From contig CM069138.1 of assembly GCA_035221665.1 (NCBI GenBank), positions 22,692,001 through 22,756,000 of the forward strand: DNA of 64,000 bases, read 5' to 3'. Shown here one piece after another: positions 39,150 to 53,295 of the stretch. Made by a program: the position numbers and the translations under genes. This stretch comes from Okamejei kenojei. Lineage: Eukaryota. Under the pieces are notes generated by a model. It was not told the origin of the DNA and ran no database searches. It worked only from the letters and a program-made list of their open reading frames with translations. The first letter of the stretch is position 1; every line of letters starts with the position of its first letter.

Positions 39150-39620
39150 TAGATTCATAAAGTTAATCAGCACAGACTCAGGCTCTTCAGCCCAACTCGT
39201 CCATACCCAACAGGGTGCTTATCTGAGCAAGTCCCATTTCCCTGTATTTGGCCCATATCCTCAAAACCATTACTATCTATGGACCTGCTCAACTTGAAAC
39301 ATTGCGATTGTACCCACCTTTACCATTTCCTTTGACACTGTGCTCCACATACCCACCACCCTCTGCGTGAATAACTTGCCCCTCAAAACACCTTTAATTA
39401 TTTTTCCTCTCTTACCTTAAAACTATGCCCTCTAGTTTTACACTTCCCCGATTTTGGGGAGTGTGAACCTCATCTAAGCTCCTCCTGGTTTTATAAACCT
39501 CTGTAAGATTACATCTGCCTCCTGTCCTGCAGGAAAACAATCCCAACATATCCAATTTCTCCCTATAACTCAAACCTTACAATCCCATCTACCGCCTTAG
39601 TAAATCATTACTACACCCTT
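39150..39620 (-). mobile_element. Old CR1 LINE 3' region
   Basis: Antisense CR1 3' motifs (tttggcccatatcc, tgccctctagtttta). Confidence 0.55.
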
Positions 39621-39929
39621 TCCAGAGTTAGTGAGGCAGGTCAACTATCCCTGCAGCTGCAGAATTTCTGAGTCCTACATGTCATTGTGGTAAAGACATG
39701 ACATGCGTTCTTTGAGTGGAAGTTTGTGATGTTTTAAATACCATGCATAAACGTACATAAAAGTGATTCTGGTGTGTCTTAATATCATTACCGATAAGGA
39801 GCAATGTTTCATAGATTATCAAAGGAAGGGTGTGATGTGTCACTTAAGTATTAGCATGGAGCAACGTTAAGAAGGAAAGGAGAAGTGGTGCTAAGTGGTG
39901 AAATGGAAAGAGGTGGTGTTATTTTTTCA

Positions 39930-40812
39930 GTTTTTAAGATAGAGCGCGGAAACAGGTCCTTCGGCCCATGCCATCCAGCGATCCCTGCGCATTAACACTA
40001 CTCCACGCACACTGGGGACATCTTTACAATTAGACCAAGACAATTTGCCTATAAACCTATACATCTTTGGAGTGTGGGAGGAAACCAAAGATCTTGGAGA
40101 AAACCCATACAGGTCACGGGGAGAACGTACAAACTCCATACAGACAAGGATCGAGCCTGGGCCTCTGGTGCTGCAAGGCAGTAGCTCTGCCACTACAACA
40201 CTGGACTTGAGAATAGATAACCGGGACAGAGCAGTATTCAACCCTCCATAGATGAGACCCAATGCAAGCAAACACAAGAATATTGGAGCAGCAGTAGGCC
40301 TATTGGCTCTCAATCCTGCCCCACCATTCAATATATTCTGACCATCGCTCTCAATCCCTCACACATTCAAACCTTCTCCGACATCTAATTTAAATAATCT
40401 GGCCTTGGCAACTCTCTACGGTAAAAACATTCACCACCCTATGTGAGAAAAATGCATACCTCAGATTTAAACGATCACTCTCTGACCTTGAAACTGTGTC
40501 CCCTTGTTTGAGATTTTTCCTTTGGTGAAAACATCGCATCATCTACCCTCTCACTCCATCGCCTCCCCCTTCCCAGTTCTCCCTCCAGTCTAACTGTCTC
40601 TGACTACATTCTCTCTCTGTCCCACCCACTGCCTAATCTGCAAACCCGCATGTCTTTGGGATGTGGGAAGAAATTGGAACACCCGGATGAAACCCACACA
40701 GTCACAGGGAGAACGTACAAACTCCACACAGACAGTACCCGAGGTCAGGATCAAATCCAGGTCTCTGACACTGTGAGGCAGTATCTCTACCAGCTGTGCC
40801 ACTCTGCTGCCC
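39930..40812 (-). mobile_element. SINE copies (39930-40195 and 40630-40812) with CR1 remnants between them
   Basis: Shared SINE body (gggagaacgtacaaactcc..gtgaggcag..tctacc). Confidence 0.7.
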
Positions 40813-41873
40813 AATTACATCCAACCTGAATAAAGCCCACTTATTCCAACTTCCTGTTTTCTATTTGAGGACCAGCTTTAAATCCTTCCTAAAACTCACC
40901 CTGTAATACAATGAGCTCGTAATGTGCACCATCTTTAGTGTCAAATGCCTTTAGAAATGTAAATACTCTCTATCTACGGGGTCTCCTCCATTCCCTCTGC
41001 TTGTAATATCCTCAAAAAATACAAAAGAATACAAACAAAATGAGATTATGTTGACTTGGTTTAATTAAATTAAACTGTCCTAAATGATTAGCTAGTTCTT
41101 ATTTTACTCAGTGAAGGGATGAGGCCTTTGCAGGCTGAGATAACATTTCATTGCCCATCCCTCATTGTCCTTGAGAAGATGAGCAGAACACTATGATCCT
41201 GGAGGTCATAACGTCATAAGTGATCGGAGCAGAATTAGGCCATTTGGCCCATCAAGGCAACTCCGCCATTAAATCATGGCTGATCTATCTCTTCCCCTCA
41301 ACCCCTATTATCCTGCCTTCTCCACGTCACCCTTTCACCCATACTAATCAATGTACACCCACGATACTATGAGGGAGAGCGTTCTAAGTTGTTGAACCAG
41401 CAATAGCGAAGGAATATCGTTAATCTTTCAGGTCAGGATGATGTGTGGATTGGAACACAACTTCTAGGTGGGTGGCATTCCCAATGTTTTGCTGCCCTTG
41501 TCCTTCTAGCTGGGAGATATTGAAAGGTCGAGGGTTTGGCAGGTGCTGTCGATGGAGTCTTGGCGAGTTGCTGCAATGCATCCTGAAGAAGCTACAAGCC
41601 GCTGCTACTGTGTACCTGTGGTGGAGTGAGTGAATGTTGAGGATGGTTCAATGTTTTTTTATTCAAGATTCTCCATCACCCTCGAACAGCCTGGCCCGCC
41701 GACCAAAGTCCCTCTCCTCGCCCGTCTGTCTCTGTGTCTCAGGGAACACAGTGAGGAGTCAATATCCCGGCCTCTCTGCTACCAGCCCATACCGGTCTAT
41801 TCTCACCCATAGGGTTAAAGACAAAGTGCTCTGCATTGGAAGAGATAGGGATCTGTGGCAAGTATCCCCATTA

Positions 41874-41887
41874 CCACCAGAGGGCAC
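41874..41887 (+). promoter_or_regulatory. Candidate CTCF-binding motif CCACCAGAGGGCAC
   Basis: Close match to the vertebrate CTCF core consensus, in non-repetitive DNA between the two receptor copies. Motif match only. Confidence 0.4.
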
Positions 41888-42356
41888 TGTTGTTGCATTA
41901 TTCCATTTGAACTGTTATTTTTCCAAAGATACATTTTATTCTGCTTATCAAATTTCAAAGTAACTTTTAAGATGTTCTCCACTTACCAATGAAATTGCGA
42001 TAGAAGCATTTTGGCACTTAGTTTTTCCCGATTCAAAGCATGATATTTTAACCTTCCTAATATAGGCTGGGACTGCAATAGTGTTAAAGGCTTAAATGGG
42101 ATGGAATTTGTTGAGCGTATTCAGAGTGGTATCACCACACATAACAGAGGAGTCTGTTATGGAGAAGGCAGAGCTTAACCTACTCTTGGGAAATAGAGCA
42201 AGGCAAGTGACTGATGTGTCAGTGAGGTAGCACTTTGGAACAATGACCAGAGGTCTATTAGTTTAGTTTGGAGATACAGCGCGGAAACAGGCCCTTTGGC
42301 CCACCGAGTCCGCACATTAACACAAGCCTACACACACTGGAGACAATTTACACATA

Positions 42357-43900
42357 CAGTGACTCCAGAAAGTATTCAGACCTCTTCACTTTTTCCACAT
42401 TTTGTTACATCACAGCCCTATTTTAAAATGCATTAAATTCATTTTTGTTATCATCAATCTACACACAATACTCCATAATAAAAAAGCAAAAACAAGTGTT
42501 TAGAAACTTTTGCAAAGTAATTAAAAAGAAATAACTGAAATATCACATTCACATAAGTATTCAGACCCTTTACTCAGTTCTTTGTTGAGGCACCTTTGGC
42601 AGTGATTGCAGCCTCAAGTCTTCTTGGGTATGCTGCTGCAAGCTTGGCACACCTGTATTTGGGTAATTTCTCCCATTCTTCTCTGCAGATCCTCTCAAGC
42701 ACTGTCAGGTTGGATGGGGAGCGTTGACGCACAGCTATTTTCAGGTCCCTCCAGAGATGTTCGATCAGGTCCAAGTCCGGGATTTGGCTGGGCCACTCAA
42801 GGACATTCACAGACTGGTCACAAAGCCACTCCTGCATTGTCTTGGCTGTGTGCTTAGGGTCATTGTCCTGTTGGAAGGCGAACCTCCACCCTAGTCTGAG
42901 GACTTGAATGCTCTGGAGCAGATTTTCATCAAGGATCTCTCTGTACTTTGCTCAGTTCATCTTTCCCTCAAACCTGACTAGTCTCCCAGTTCCTGCCGCT
43001 GAAAAACATCCCCACAGCATGATGATGCCACCACCATGCTTCACTGTAGGTATGGTATTGGCCAGGTGACGAGCAGTGCCTGGTTTCCTCCAGACACGAT
43101 GCTTTGTATTCAGGCCAAAGAGTTCAATCTTGGTTTCATCAGACCAGAGAATCTTGTTTCTCATGCCTTTTGGCAACTCCAAGCAGGCTGCCATGTGCCT
43201 TTTACTGAGGAGTGGCTTAAGTCTGGCCACTCTACCATAAAGCCCTGATTGGTGGAGTGCTGCAGATATCGTTGTCCTTATGGAAGGTACTCACATCTCC
43301 ACAGATGAACTCTGGAGCTCTGTCAGAGTGAGCATCGGGTTCTTGGTCACCGATCTGACCAAGACCCTTTTCCCCCCAATTGCTCAGTTTGATCTGATGG
43401 TCAGCTCTATGAAGAATAACAGAGGCTACAGTTCTCTTTGGGGCCTGCAAAGCTGCAGACATTGTTTTATACCCTTCCCCAGATCTGTGTCTCGACACAA
43501 TCCTGTCTCGGAGGTCAGCCGACAATTCCTTCATCTTCGTGGCTTGGTTTTTGGTCTGGGGGGACTTATATAGGCAGGTGTGTGCCTTTCCAAATCATGT
43601 CCAATCAATTTAATTTACCACTGGTGGACTCTAATAAAGTTGTAGAAACATCTCAAGGATAATCAATGGAAACAGTATGCACCTAAGCTCAATTTTGAGT
43701 GTCATAGCAATCACTTATGTAAATGTGAGATTTCAATTATTTATTTTTAATACTTCAAAAATTTCTAAACACCTATTTTCACTTTTTTATTATGGGATAT
43801 TGTGTGGCAAAAAATAAATAATTTAACCCATTTCAGAATAAGGCTATAACGTAACAAAATGTGGAAAAAGAGAAGGAGTTTAATACTTTCTGAATGCACT
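42357..43900 (-). mobile_element. Tc1-family DNA transposon (long IR/DR-type TIRs), defective, inserted in a SINE
   Basis: TA flanks and CAGTG terminus; [37 protein letters not shown]. Confidence 0.92.
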
Positions 43901-44149
43901 ATATACCTGGTATGCAAACCAAAGCCACATAACCTACAAACCTGTACGTCTTTGGAGTGAGGGAGGAAACCGAAGATCTCGGAGAAAACTCATGTGGTCA
44001 TGGGGAGAATGTACAAATTCTGTAGGGACAGCACCTGTGGTCGGGATTGAACCCGGGTCTCCAGCGCTGCAAACGCTGTAAGTCAGCAACTCTACTGCTG
44101 CACCGTGCCGCCCCGTTTTAAAATAGTTATGGAAAAGAACTGATCTGAT

Positions 44150-45790
44150 CACATTTATTCAGTATTCAGACCCTTTGCTATGACACTCAAAATTGAGCTC
44201 AGGTTCATCCTGTTTCCATTGATTATCCTTGAGATGTTTCTACAACTTAATTAGAGTCCACCAGTGGTAAATTAAATTGATTGGACATGATTTGGAAAGG
44301 CACTCACCTGTCTATATAAAGTCCCCCAGTTGACAGTACATCAGAGTAAAAACCAAGCCATGAAGACGAAGGAATTGTCCATAGACCTCTGAGACAGGAT
44401 AGTGTTGAGACACAATTGATAATAGGTGCAGGAGTAGGCCATTCGGCCCTTCAAGCCAGCACCGTCATTTAATGTGATCATGGCAGGAACGGGCCAATCA
44501 ATACCCCGTTCCTGCCTTCTCCCTGCATCCCCTGACTCCGCTATTTTTAAGAGCCCTATCTAGCTCTCTCTTGAAAGCATCAAGAACCTGCCTCCACCGC
44601 CCGAGGCAGAAAATTCCACAGACTTGCCACTGTCTGTGAGAAAAAGTGTTCCCTCGTCTCGTTTCTAAATGTCTTTTTTACTCCTTATTCTTAAAGATCT
44701 GGGAAGAGTATAAAACAATCTCTGCAGCATTGCAGGTCCCAAAGAGCACAGTGGGCTCAGTCATTCTTAACTTTGGAACCACCAGGACTGTTCATAGAGC
44801 TGGCCACCTGGTCAAACTGAGCAATCGGGGGAGAAGTGCCTTGGTCAGGGTGGTGACCATGAACCCGATGGTCACTCTGACAGATCCCCAGAGTTCCTCT
44901 ATGGAGATGGAAGAACCTTCCAGAAGGACAACTATATCTGCAACACTCCACCAATATGGTAGATTGGCCAGATCAAAGCCACTCCTTGGTAAAAGGCACA
45001 TGACAGCTCACTTGGAGTTTGCCAAAAGGCATGAGAAACATGATTCTCTGGTCCGATGAAACTAAGATTGAACTCTATGGCCTGAATGCCAAGGTCATGT
45101 CTGGAGGAAAACAGGCACCGTTCATAACCTGCCCAATACCATACCTATTGTGAAGCATGGTGGTGGCAGCATCATGCCGTGGGGATGTTTTTCAGCAGCA
45201 GGAACTGGGTGAATAGTCACGATCGTGGAAAAGTTGAACGGAACAAAATACAGAGATATCATTGATGAAAACCTGCTCCAGAGCGTTCCGGACCTCAGAA
45301 TGGGGCGGAGGTTTAACTTCCAATAGGACAACAACCCTAAGCACACAGCCAAGACAACACAGGAGTGACTTTGCGACAAATCTGTGAATGTCCTTGAGTC
45401 GCCCAGCCAGAGCCTGGACTTGAACCCGATCAAACATCTCTGGAGGGACCTGAAAATAGCGGTGCATCGATGCTCCCCATCCAACCTGACGGAGCTTGAG
45501 AGGATCTGCAGAGAAGATCGGAAAAATTACCCAAATACAGGTGTGCCAAGCTTGTAGCGTCATACCCAAGAAGACATGGCTGTAATCGCTTCCAAAGGTG
45601 CCTCAACAAAGTACTGAAGGGTCTGAATACTTATGTAAATGTGATATTTCAGTTATTTTTTTTAATTGCTTTGCAAACATTTCTAAACACCTGTTTTTGC
45701 TTTTTTATTATGGGATATTGTGTGTAGATCGATGATAATTTAATCCACTTTAGAATAAGGCTGTCACGTAACAAAAGGTGGAAAAAGTGG
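44150..45790 (+). mobile_element. Second Tc1-family copy, defective, with a CR1 3' fragment inserted at ~44416-44696
   Basis: Start MKTKELS at ~44360; same DDE motifs; right TIR at ~45610-45790. Confidence 0.9.
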
Positions 45791-46189
45791 ACCCCACTAT
45801 CACCTCCCAAATTGAAGGCAACTTAAGTCTTGTGAAAAAAAATTAACCCTGCTTCACCCTGATGGTAATTAAGGTAAGAATGAGGTTGAGTTCTTGCTTA
45901 GTGACTGATGCCCTCTCTCTGATATCATAGTGACCGATCACTGAAGGATGTGGTCAGGGAATGCGAGTTTCATCTTGATCACAATCGTCCAATCCCCAAC
46001 AATTCATGGAACAGCTTTTGTTGGAAATGTCAGAGACAATATCTGAAACCAAGGTGCGATAATAAATTAGAAATTGACTTGCTCTGGATCCCTTCACCCG
46101 GATTAAATACTCAGTGTTACCAGGATTACAAGGATGCGTGTTCATGGCCTGATAATCCGACTCGGGGATGGGTATTAATTTACTCTCTG

Positions 46190-49100
46190 GGACTTCCGGT
46201 GGCGCTATGGAGGGCTGAGGAGTAACGCCAGCCAGCTCCGTGAGAAAAAACGCTGAAAAACCGGGGAGAAAACGACCTACCTGCTGCCTGCTGCTTCTGT
46301 ACCGACTGCTGTGAGTGACGTCATCAGGCGCGCGACTTAGCATGTCTATGCAGCGCAGCCCCCTCCCGGAGAAACCGACAACTCGTACTGTTGCTAGGCA
46401 GAAAGAAAAAGGCCCGACTGAAACCTCGGGCTCAGGTAAGACATTATCCCAAGAAGATGTGGCGAAAAAAACAGCGAAGAAAACGGAAGTTGAAGATCTC
46501 AAAACTTTTATTGCAGGTGAAATTGCTGCTTTAAGGGAAGAAATAAAGCTGATGAATATTGGTGAAGAAATAAAAAAAATCAAGGAAGAAATGATGGACT
46601 TAAGGTTTGAAATTAATACCAACATTAATACCACAACTAAGAATACATCGGAAGAGTTGAAGAAAGAAACCGCAGAAATAATGATTGAAATGGCAAAGGA
46701 GACGAATGATAAAATCAAAAATGTGAAAACTGACTTTGAACAAAGGCTGAATCCGGTGGAACTGGCACTGAACCAGCAGACGGCTGTTACAAAAGACCTT
46801 GAACAACTAGCCGAAACAAGTGCTCTGACTACAGCAAAGCTTATTACTGAAAATCAACGTCTAACTGAATTACTGGGCAAAATAACCAAGAAATGTACTG
46901 AATTCTGGTCGCCAGAGAAGACAGAACCTAAGAATTGCGGGTATTCCAGAAGGGGAAGAGAAAGATCAAGATCCCCGAGAATTCACTGCAAATTTACTGC
47001 AAAAGGTTTTATCTCTGGATCAAAAGCCTTTACTAGCCCGAGCACATAGAGTGATGAGACGCCAGACAAGACCAAACGCTCCCCCAAGACAAATGATAAT
47101 AAAAGTACAGTACGACCACGTCTTGGAGGAAATAATGCAAAAAACATCAAGAAACAGAAATCTTCTATTTGAAGGACACAAGATCAGTATTTATCGAGAT
47201 TACCCAGCAGAGGTCTCCAGGAAACGAAAAGCATTTAATGAGACCAAAAGGTATCCCTTGTCACGTACAACAAGAAGGAACATTTTTTCACCAATCCTGT
47301 GGAAGCATTGGACTTTGCTCAGAAGATTAAGGCTTGAGAGGATGCTTGATCCCTTACCATTGAATAAACTGACTTTGCAGGACTGGATGGAATTGAAGGG
47401 ATGACTAAGGCAGCTGGAGAAAGACGTGGATTGGAAACTCTCCCATGGATACTAATAATTAGTATAAATGCACTACTAATACAAATAACTAATAAATACT
47501 AAAATTATACCGTTGTATTTTTACTAATCAGAATTAATAATTATCACTAATGACCAATGTTTACTTATAATGGAATGATTAGAGTCAAATATAGAGTGAT
47601 TTCATTTGACCTCTTTGGAAACCTTTCTTTTTTACTAGTAATTCTCATTTTTTATTTTCTTTCTTCCTTTCTTTTCGGGTTTTCTTTTTTTTTTTTTTTT
47701 TAATTAAATTTTCAAATAAGTTTTAAATATTTGTATCCCAACATTTCCGACTATTGGAATCCGAATATTTTAAAATCTAATACCCCCTGTAAAATATTGA
47801 TTTGGAATAAAAATTCCAAGATATAAAGGGGCTGGTTAAGCTCGCAACATCAACTACGGAAGTCGGTAGATGGTTAGCCATGCTAGCATGGCTAGCACTA
47901 ACTACACTAATACTAGATTTAGTTTTTTCCTTCTTTGTGCACAATACTAATTTCTTAATCTATCCTCTTTTCTTTACTATTATAAACTATCATTATTATT
48001 TTCAGTTTGAATGGAGTTACAAATTGGATCAAAGGAGATATACACATGAGAGACAGTTAAGGGTCTTAAAATTCATCTATTCAGAGTTCAGGTGTAAGGT
48101 CGGGTCTCTCGAACTGAAACATTGGCTCTATTATAGACCCCCATAGACAAAAGATGCAAGATTTAAAAATGAATACAGGGAATGAAGGAATAACATTTTG
48201 CAGCTGGAATGTTAAAGGTATTAATGAACCAATCGAGAGAGGTAAAGTATTAGTGCATTTAAAAGCAATTAAAGCTGACGTGATTTTCATTTTAGAAACA
48301 CATTTTAAAAAAGATGCCGAGCATAGGCTGGAAGCTAAATGGATAGATAAAACATATCATTCTTCTTTTACGCACAAATCAAGAGGTGTAGCAATACTAT
48401 TTCGTAAAGGCACTTTATTCAAACATACATCAACTAAAACTGATAATGATGGCAGATACATTATTGTAATAGGAGAATTAAATGCACAAAAAATGATTCT
48501 TGTCAATGTATATGGACCAAATTTTGATAGTCCACTGTTTTTTAAGAAAATATTTAATAACATCCCGGAAATAGCACAACATAACTTAATAATTGGAGGA
48601 GATTTAAATTGTACATTAGATTCATATTTAGACAGATCCACAAGACAAAGGAAAACCAAATCCCATTCCAGTGACTTATTAAATGCATATATGGATACTA
48701 GTAATATTAAAGATGTTTGGAGAGTAGAAAACCCAACTGGACGAGAATATTCATTTTATTCACCTGTACATAAAACCTATTCAAGAATAGATTATTTTTT
48801 GGTTGACGCTAAACTTATCTCACTCACTTACAATTCAAAATACCATAATATTATAATCTCAGATCATGCACTTTTAACATTTATGATTAAAATAAATGGT
48901 AAAATGGGGACAAGGGAGATTTAATCCACAAATTTTAAAAAACAAAGCAACTCAGGAATATATTATAGAGCAGATCAAGATTTTCTTTGAAATAAATGGT
49001 AAACCAGAAATATCCTCTTCCCTATTATGGGAAACTTTTAAAGCATAAGCCCATGGAATTATGATCTCTACTCAAGCATTTTATAATAAAAAGAATCGGA

Positions 49101-52100
49101 GGGAACAACAGGAATTGGAAAAGGAGATTAAACAATTAGATACAGAGAACGCTGCTAATCCATCCATAACAACACATAATAAAATTGCTGTACTGAAATA
49201 TAAATTAAATAAAATATACACAGATCAATTTGTAAAACTCTACCAATACACTAATCAATTACAATTTGAATTCGGAGATAAACCTCAAAAATTATTGGCT
49301 CGTCAATTAAGAAAGATGGAGGGAGAAAAAATAATCCATAGGATTAAATCATATAATGGCGAACCATTAGTACAACCTAAAGATATTAATGAGAGATTTT
49401 TGCAATATTATAAAAATTTATATTCAGCTAAAACAACAGAAATCAAGATAGGAATCGAAACATTTAAAAAAAATGTGAGTGGGTTGGATTCACAAAATAG
49501 AGAATTATTAAATGCTGAAATTTCAGTAAAAGAAATCAAAGAATCTATCAGATCATTAAAAAACGGTAAAACACCAGGACCAGATGGTATAGGCCCGGAA
49601 TTTTATAAAACATTTTATGATCTGATTGCACCATGTCTGAAGACACTCTATGAATATATTTATATTCACCAGAAACTACCAGAAACGTTAAATGAATCTA
49701 TTATAACACTTATACCTAAAATAGACAAAGACCTGGATGACCCAGGATCATATAGAGCTCTAGCTCTTTTAAATACTGATCAAAAGATAATAACTAAAAT
49801 ATTAGCACAAAGACTAAGTACAGTTATTAATAAATTAATTCACCCCGATCAAACAGGATTTATACCAAAATGATATTCCTCATATAACTTGAGACGGTTA
49901 TACAATATTATATATTCAAAAAGAGATATTAATAAAGATCTAGTAATTATTTTGTTAGATGCAGAGAAAGCCTTTGACCAGGTGCAATGGTCTTATTTGT
50001 TCTCGGTTATGGAAACTTTTAAGTTGGGAGAGAAGTTTATTACTTGGGTTAAATTATTATACACTAATCCAACAGCCAGAATAATAACAAATCAAATGCT
50101 ATCAACTAAATTTAATCTATTCTGAGGCTGCAAACAAGGTTGTCCTCTATCCCCACTACTGTTTGCACTTGCAATAGAACCTTTAGCTCAACGGGTGAGA
50201 TTACAATCTGAAATATATGGATATGACACCAGAGATACTGAAAATCAAATTTCTTTATATGCGGATGATATATTACTTTATATTACAAAGCAGGAAATTA
50301 GTATCCCGAATTTACTAAAATTAATATCTGAATTTGGATTATTTTCAGGATATAGTATTAATTGGAATAAAAGTGAACTTATGCCAATAATGGTAAATAA
50401 CATACATATACTACAACAATTTCCCTTTAAGACAGCAAATGAAAAAAATCAAATATCTTGGAATTCATGTCACAAAAAGATTTGATTCTTTATTTAAATC
50501 CAATTTTCCACTTTTATTGAATAAATTAAATAAGAACATTTTATATTGGAAAACATTACCTATCTCAATGCTAGGTAGAATTAATGCAATAAAAATGATT
50601 TTTCTCCCGCAATTACTATATCTTTTTCAATTGATTCCGATATATCTTCCTAAAAATGTTTTTAAGAAAGTTGATTCTATTGTCACCAACTTTATCTGGG
50701 ATTATAAGAGTCATAGAATAAACAAAAAACATTTATGTAAACCAAAAATAAATGGAGGTCTATCACTACCAAACTTTATGTTTTATTACTGGGCAGTTAA
50801 TATTAAAAATATGAATTTTTGGTTTGTAGAGACAGATAAACAACCAACCTGGTTAAAAATGGAAAAAGAACATTGTTCGCCTTTTGAAATTAGTTCGATT
50901 TTATTCACCAATATAAAAATAGGTAAGAAAACCTATGGTGAAAACCTTATAATAGAAAGTGGAATACGTATCTGGAAACAAATAAAGAAAACACTAAAAT
51001 TGGAATGTATACCACTAGCCCTTACCATTGTAAATAATGTTACTTTTAAACCCTCAATGATGGACAAAGGTTTTGTACAATGGAAAAATTATGGAATTAA
51101 TAAGATGGGAGATCTCTATAGGGAAAATTATTTCCTTTCATTTCAAGAATTACAACAAATTTATGGATTACATTCAAAAGATTACTTTAGATATCTACAA
51201 ATTAGAGACTATGTAAAAGCAAATACACAGGAAATTAGAAATAGAAAGTCAGAAATTTTAGATGAATGCCTAAATAAATACACGAACACAGAAAAATCGA
51301 TATCATATATTTATAATATTTTACTGGAAAACGATGTCCCAATGACAGAAATATATAGGCAATCATGGGAAAATGAATTAGGTCAAATTATTAGACCTGA
51401 AATATGGGATGAAAGTTTACAACATATACACCACTGCTCGTTAAATACTAGACACTCTCTTATACAATTTAAAATATTACATAGACTACATTATTCAAAA
51501 TCCAAACTACATAGTATTTTTTCAAATGTATCTGCCAAATGTGATAAATGTCAACACTTAGAAGCTAACTTAACGCACTCATTTACAAATTGCGTATAAA
51601 TTACTAAATTTTGGACAGAGATATTTAAGATAATTCCGAATGTTGTTAATATGAATCTGATCCCCGACTCAAAGTTAATAATACTGGGAATATTAGAAAC
51701 AGATCAATTAATAACAAAGAATCAAAGAAGTTTTATTGATTATAGTCTAATAATTGGGAAAAAAATTAATATTGAAATTCTGGAAAGGTCCTACATCCCC
51801 CACAATCAAAATGTGGATTACAGAAATGTCAGAGACACTTCATCTGGAAAGATTAAGGCTTGTCCTTTTGGACAGGTTGGATCTTTTCAGAGGAATATGG
51901 TCTCCATTTATTGAATATCTAAAGGGTCAAAATGGTTCGGTACGAGAGCCTGATTGAAGCCTGAATAACGGAATAGATGAAGAATCATGTATAACAAATC
52001 ATAGATATATCTCCAATGATGGATAACTTTTTAAATTCTCCATTCATTTCTTTATTTTTGATTTCCAACTCTTACTTTATTTTTCTCTATCTTTTCTCAC

Positions 52101-52231
52101 CTGCAAAAAAAAGTATAGAAATATATAAGACATAATTGCTAATATTAATAAAATTACGAATGTATGTGAGAAGTATATTCTATTAATATGTACTTACGTC
52201 TAATAAAAATATTTAACAAAAAAAATAAAAA
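46190..52231 (+). mobile_element. Full-length L1/Tx1-type LINE (ORF1 ~46315-47330; ORF2 48154-51957 EN-RT-CCHC, disrupted)
   Basis: SWNVKG, GDLN, SRIDYF, SDH, LDAEKAFD, QGCPLSPLLF, LYADD; A-rich tail; 14-bp TSD taatttactctctg at 46176-46189 and 52232-52245. Confidence 0.95.
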
Positions 52232-52372
52232 TAATTTACTCTCTGAACCAAACTTGTAATCAGACTGAACTCCTGTAGGCCCATCTCCATGCTTGTCGTT
52301 CCAGCCTGAATCCTCAACCTTTCTGCAGCAGTTGACAGATATCACATGGTGCAGATGCGCCATTGTCAACAG

Positions 52373-52429
52373 TTACTGGAACGTACCTCGAAGACGACCG
52401 TAGATGGACTGAGTGGGTCTTTGCAAATC
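52373..52429 (-). CDS. Terminal ITAM exon 2 of receptor copy 2 (DLQRPTQSIYGRLRGTFQ*)
   Basis: Acceptor ttctgctag; paralogous to 30639-30695. Confidence 0.82.
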   Translation of the reverse strand, partial: DLQRPTQSIYGRLRGTFQ

Positions 52430-52515
52430 CTAGCAGAATACAAAGAAATGTTAGAAACAGCTGTTAGCAGCTCGTGCTCAGCAAAACACTTTAACGTCTT
52501 AAATGTGACTGTTAC

Positions 52516-52557
52516 CATGTAGGTGGCGTTTGGATCTGCCTGGTGATCTTCTGCGTT
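52516..52557 (-). CDS. ITAM exon 1 of receptor copy 2 (NAEDHQADPNATYM)
   Basis: Acceptor ttgtgttgtag, donor gtaaca, phase 0. Confidence 0.82.
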
Positions 52558-52849
52558 CTACAACACAACACAATCAAACAGTTACTTTGGTCAAAAAGCT
52601 GGCTTCAGAATTCACTGCAGTCACCATGGTCACTCGTGTTATTGAAAACTACAAAGTTAGGTGTCAAGTGCACAGAAGGAAGTGGAGGTTGTTGTCAAGT
52701 TAAGTAAAAGATTGCAGTCACTGCAAATAATTCACAGAGGAACAGGAAGATGAAAGGAACAGAATGCTGGGCACTTCACACAAACCTCATTGGCAGGTTT
52801 TGTTGAGCAACCTGAGAACAGACTTTGTTTCCCCATCTCTGAAACTCCC

Positions 52850-52870
52850 AGTCAGTCTGTGGTCGGGCAA
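52850..52870 (-). CDS. 21-nt micro-exon of receptor copy 2 (LPDHRLT); donor mutated to GG
   Basis: Acceptor conserved; donor reads gggagt versus gtgagt in copy 1. Skipping it preserves the frame. Confidence 0.45.
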
Positions 52871-53295
52871 CTGAAGGGAGAGAGAAAATAAATCGGAGCA
52901 GAGGGTCTGAAAGATTGTAGCAGGAATCCTGGCAGCTCCCTTCATTGTTCAGGAGAACAAGTACCCAATATGTTCAGTGCGATGATGAGCCATGATGGAA
53001 CAACACTCATAAGAAAAATATAATGTCTCCACACACTGAAACGAGTGCAATCTTTAATCTGGGACACACACTCCATGGAAATGGGAACAACGAGCACACA
53101 CACACACTACACACACTCCATGTCACGCAGGAGTCAGCAGTTTCAGAGGAGCTGAAGTACTAAGAATGCTTATCATCAAAGCCATGGAGAGAGATTTTTG
53201 AAAGGATTCTAAAACCATATTAATCAAGAACCTGCCTTTACTGTGGTTAAACACTCCAATTAGTTTGAAGTGAACATTATCAGACAACAGTTGAA

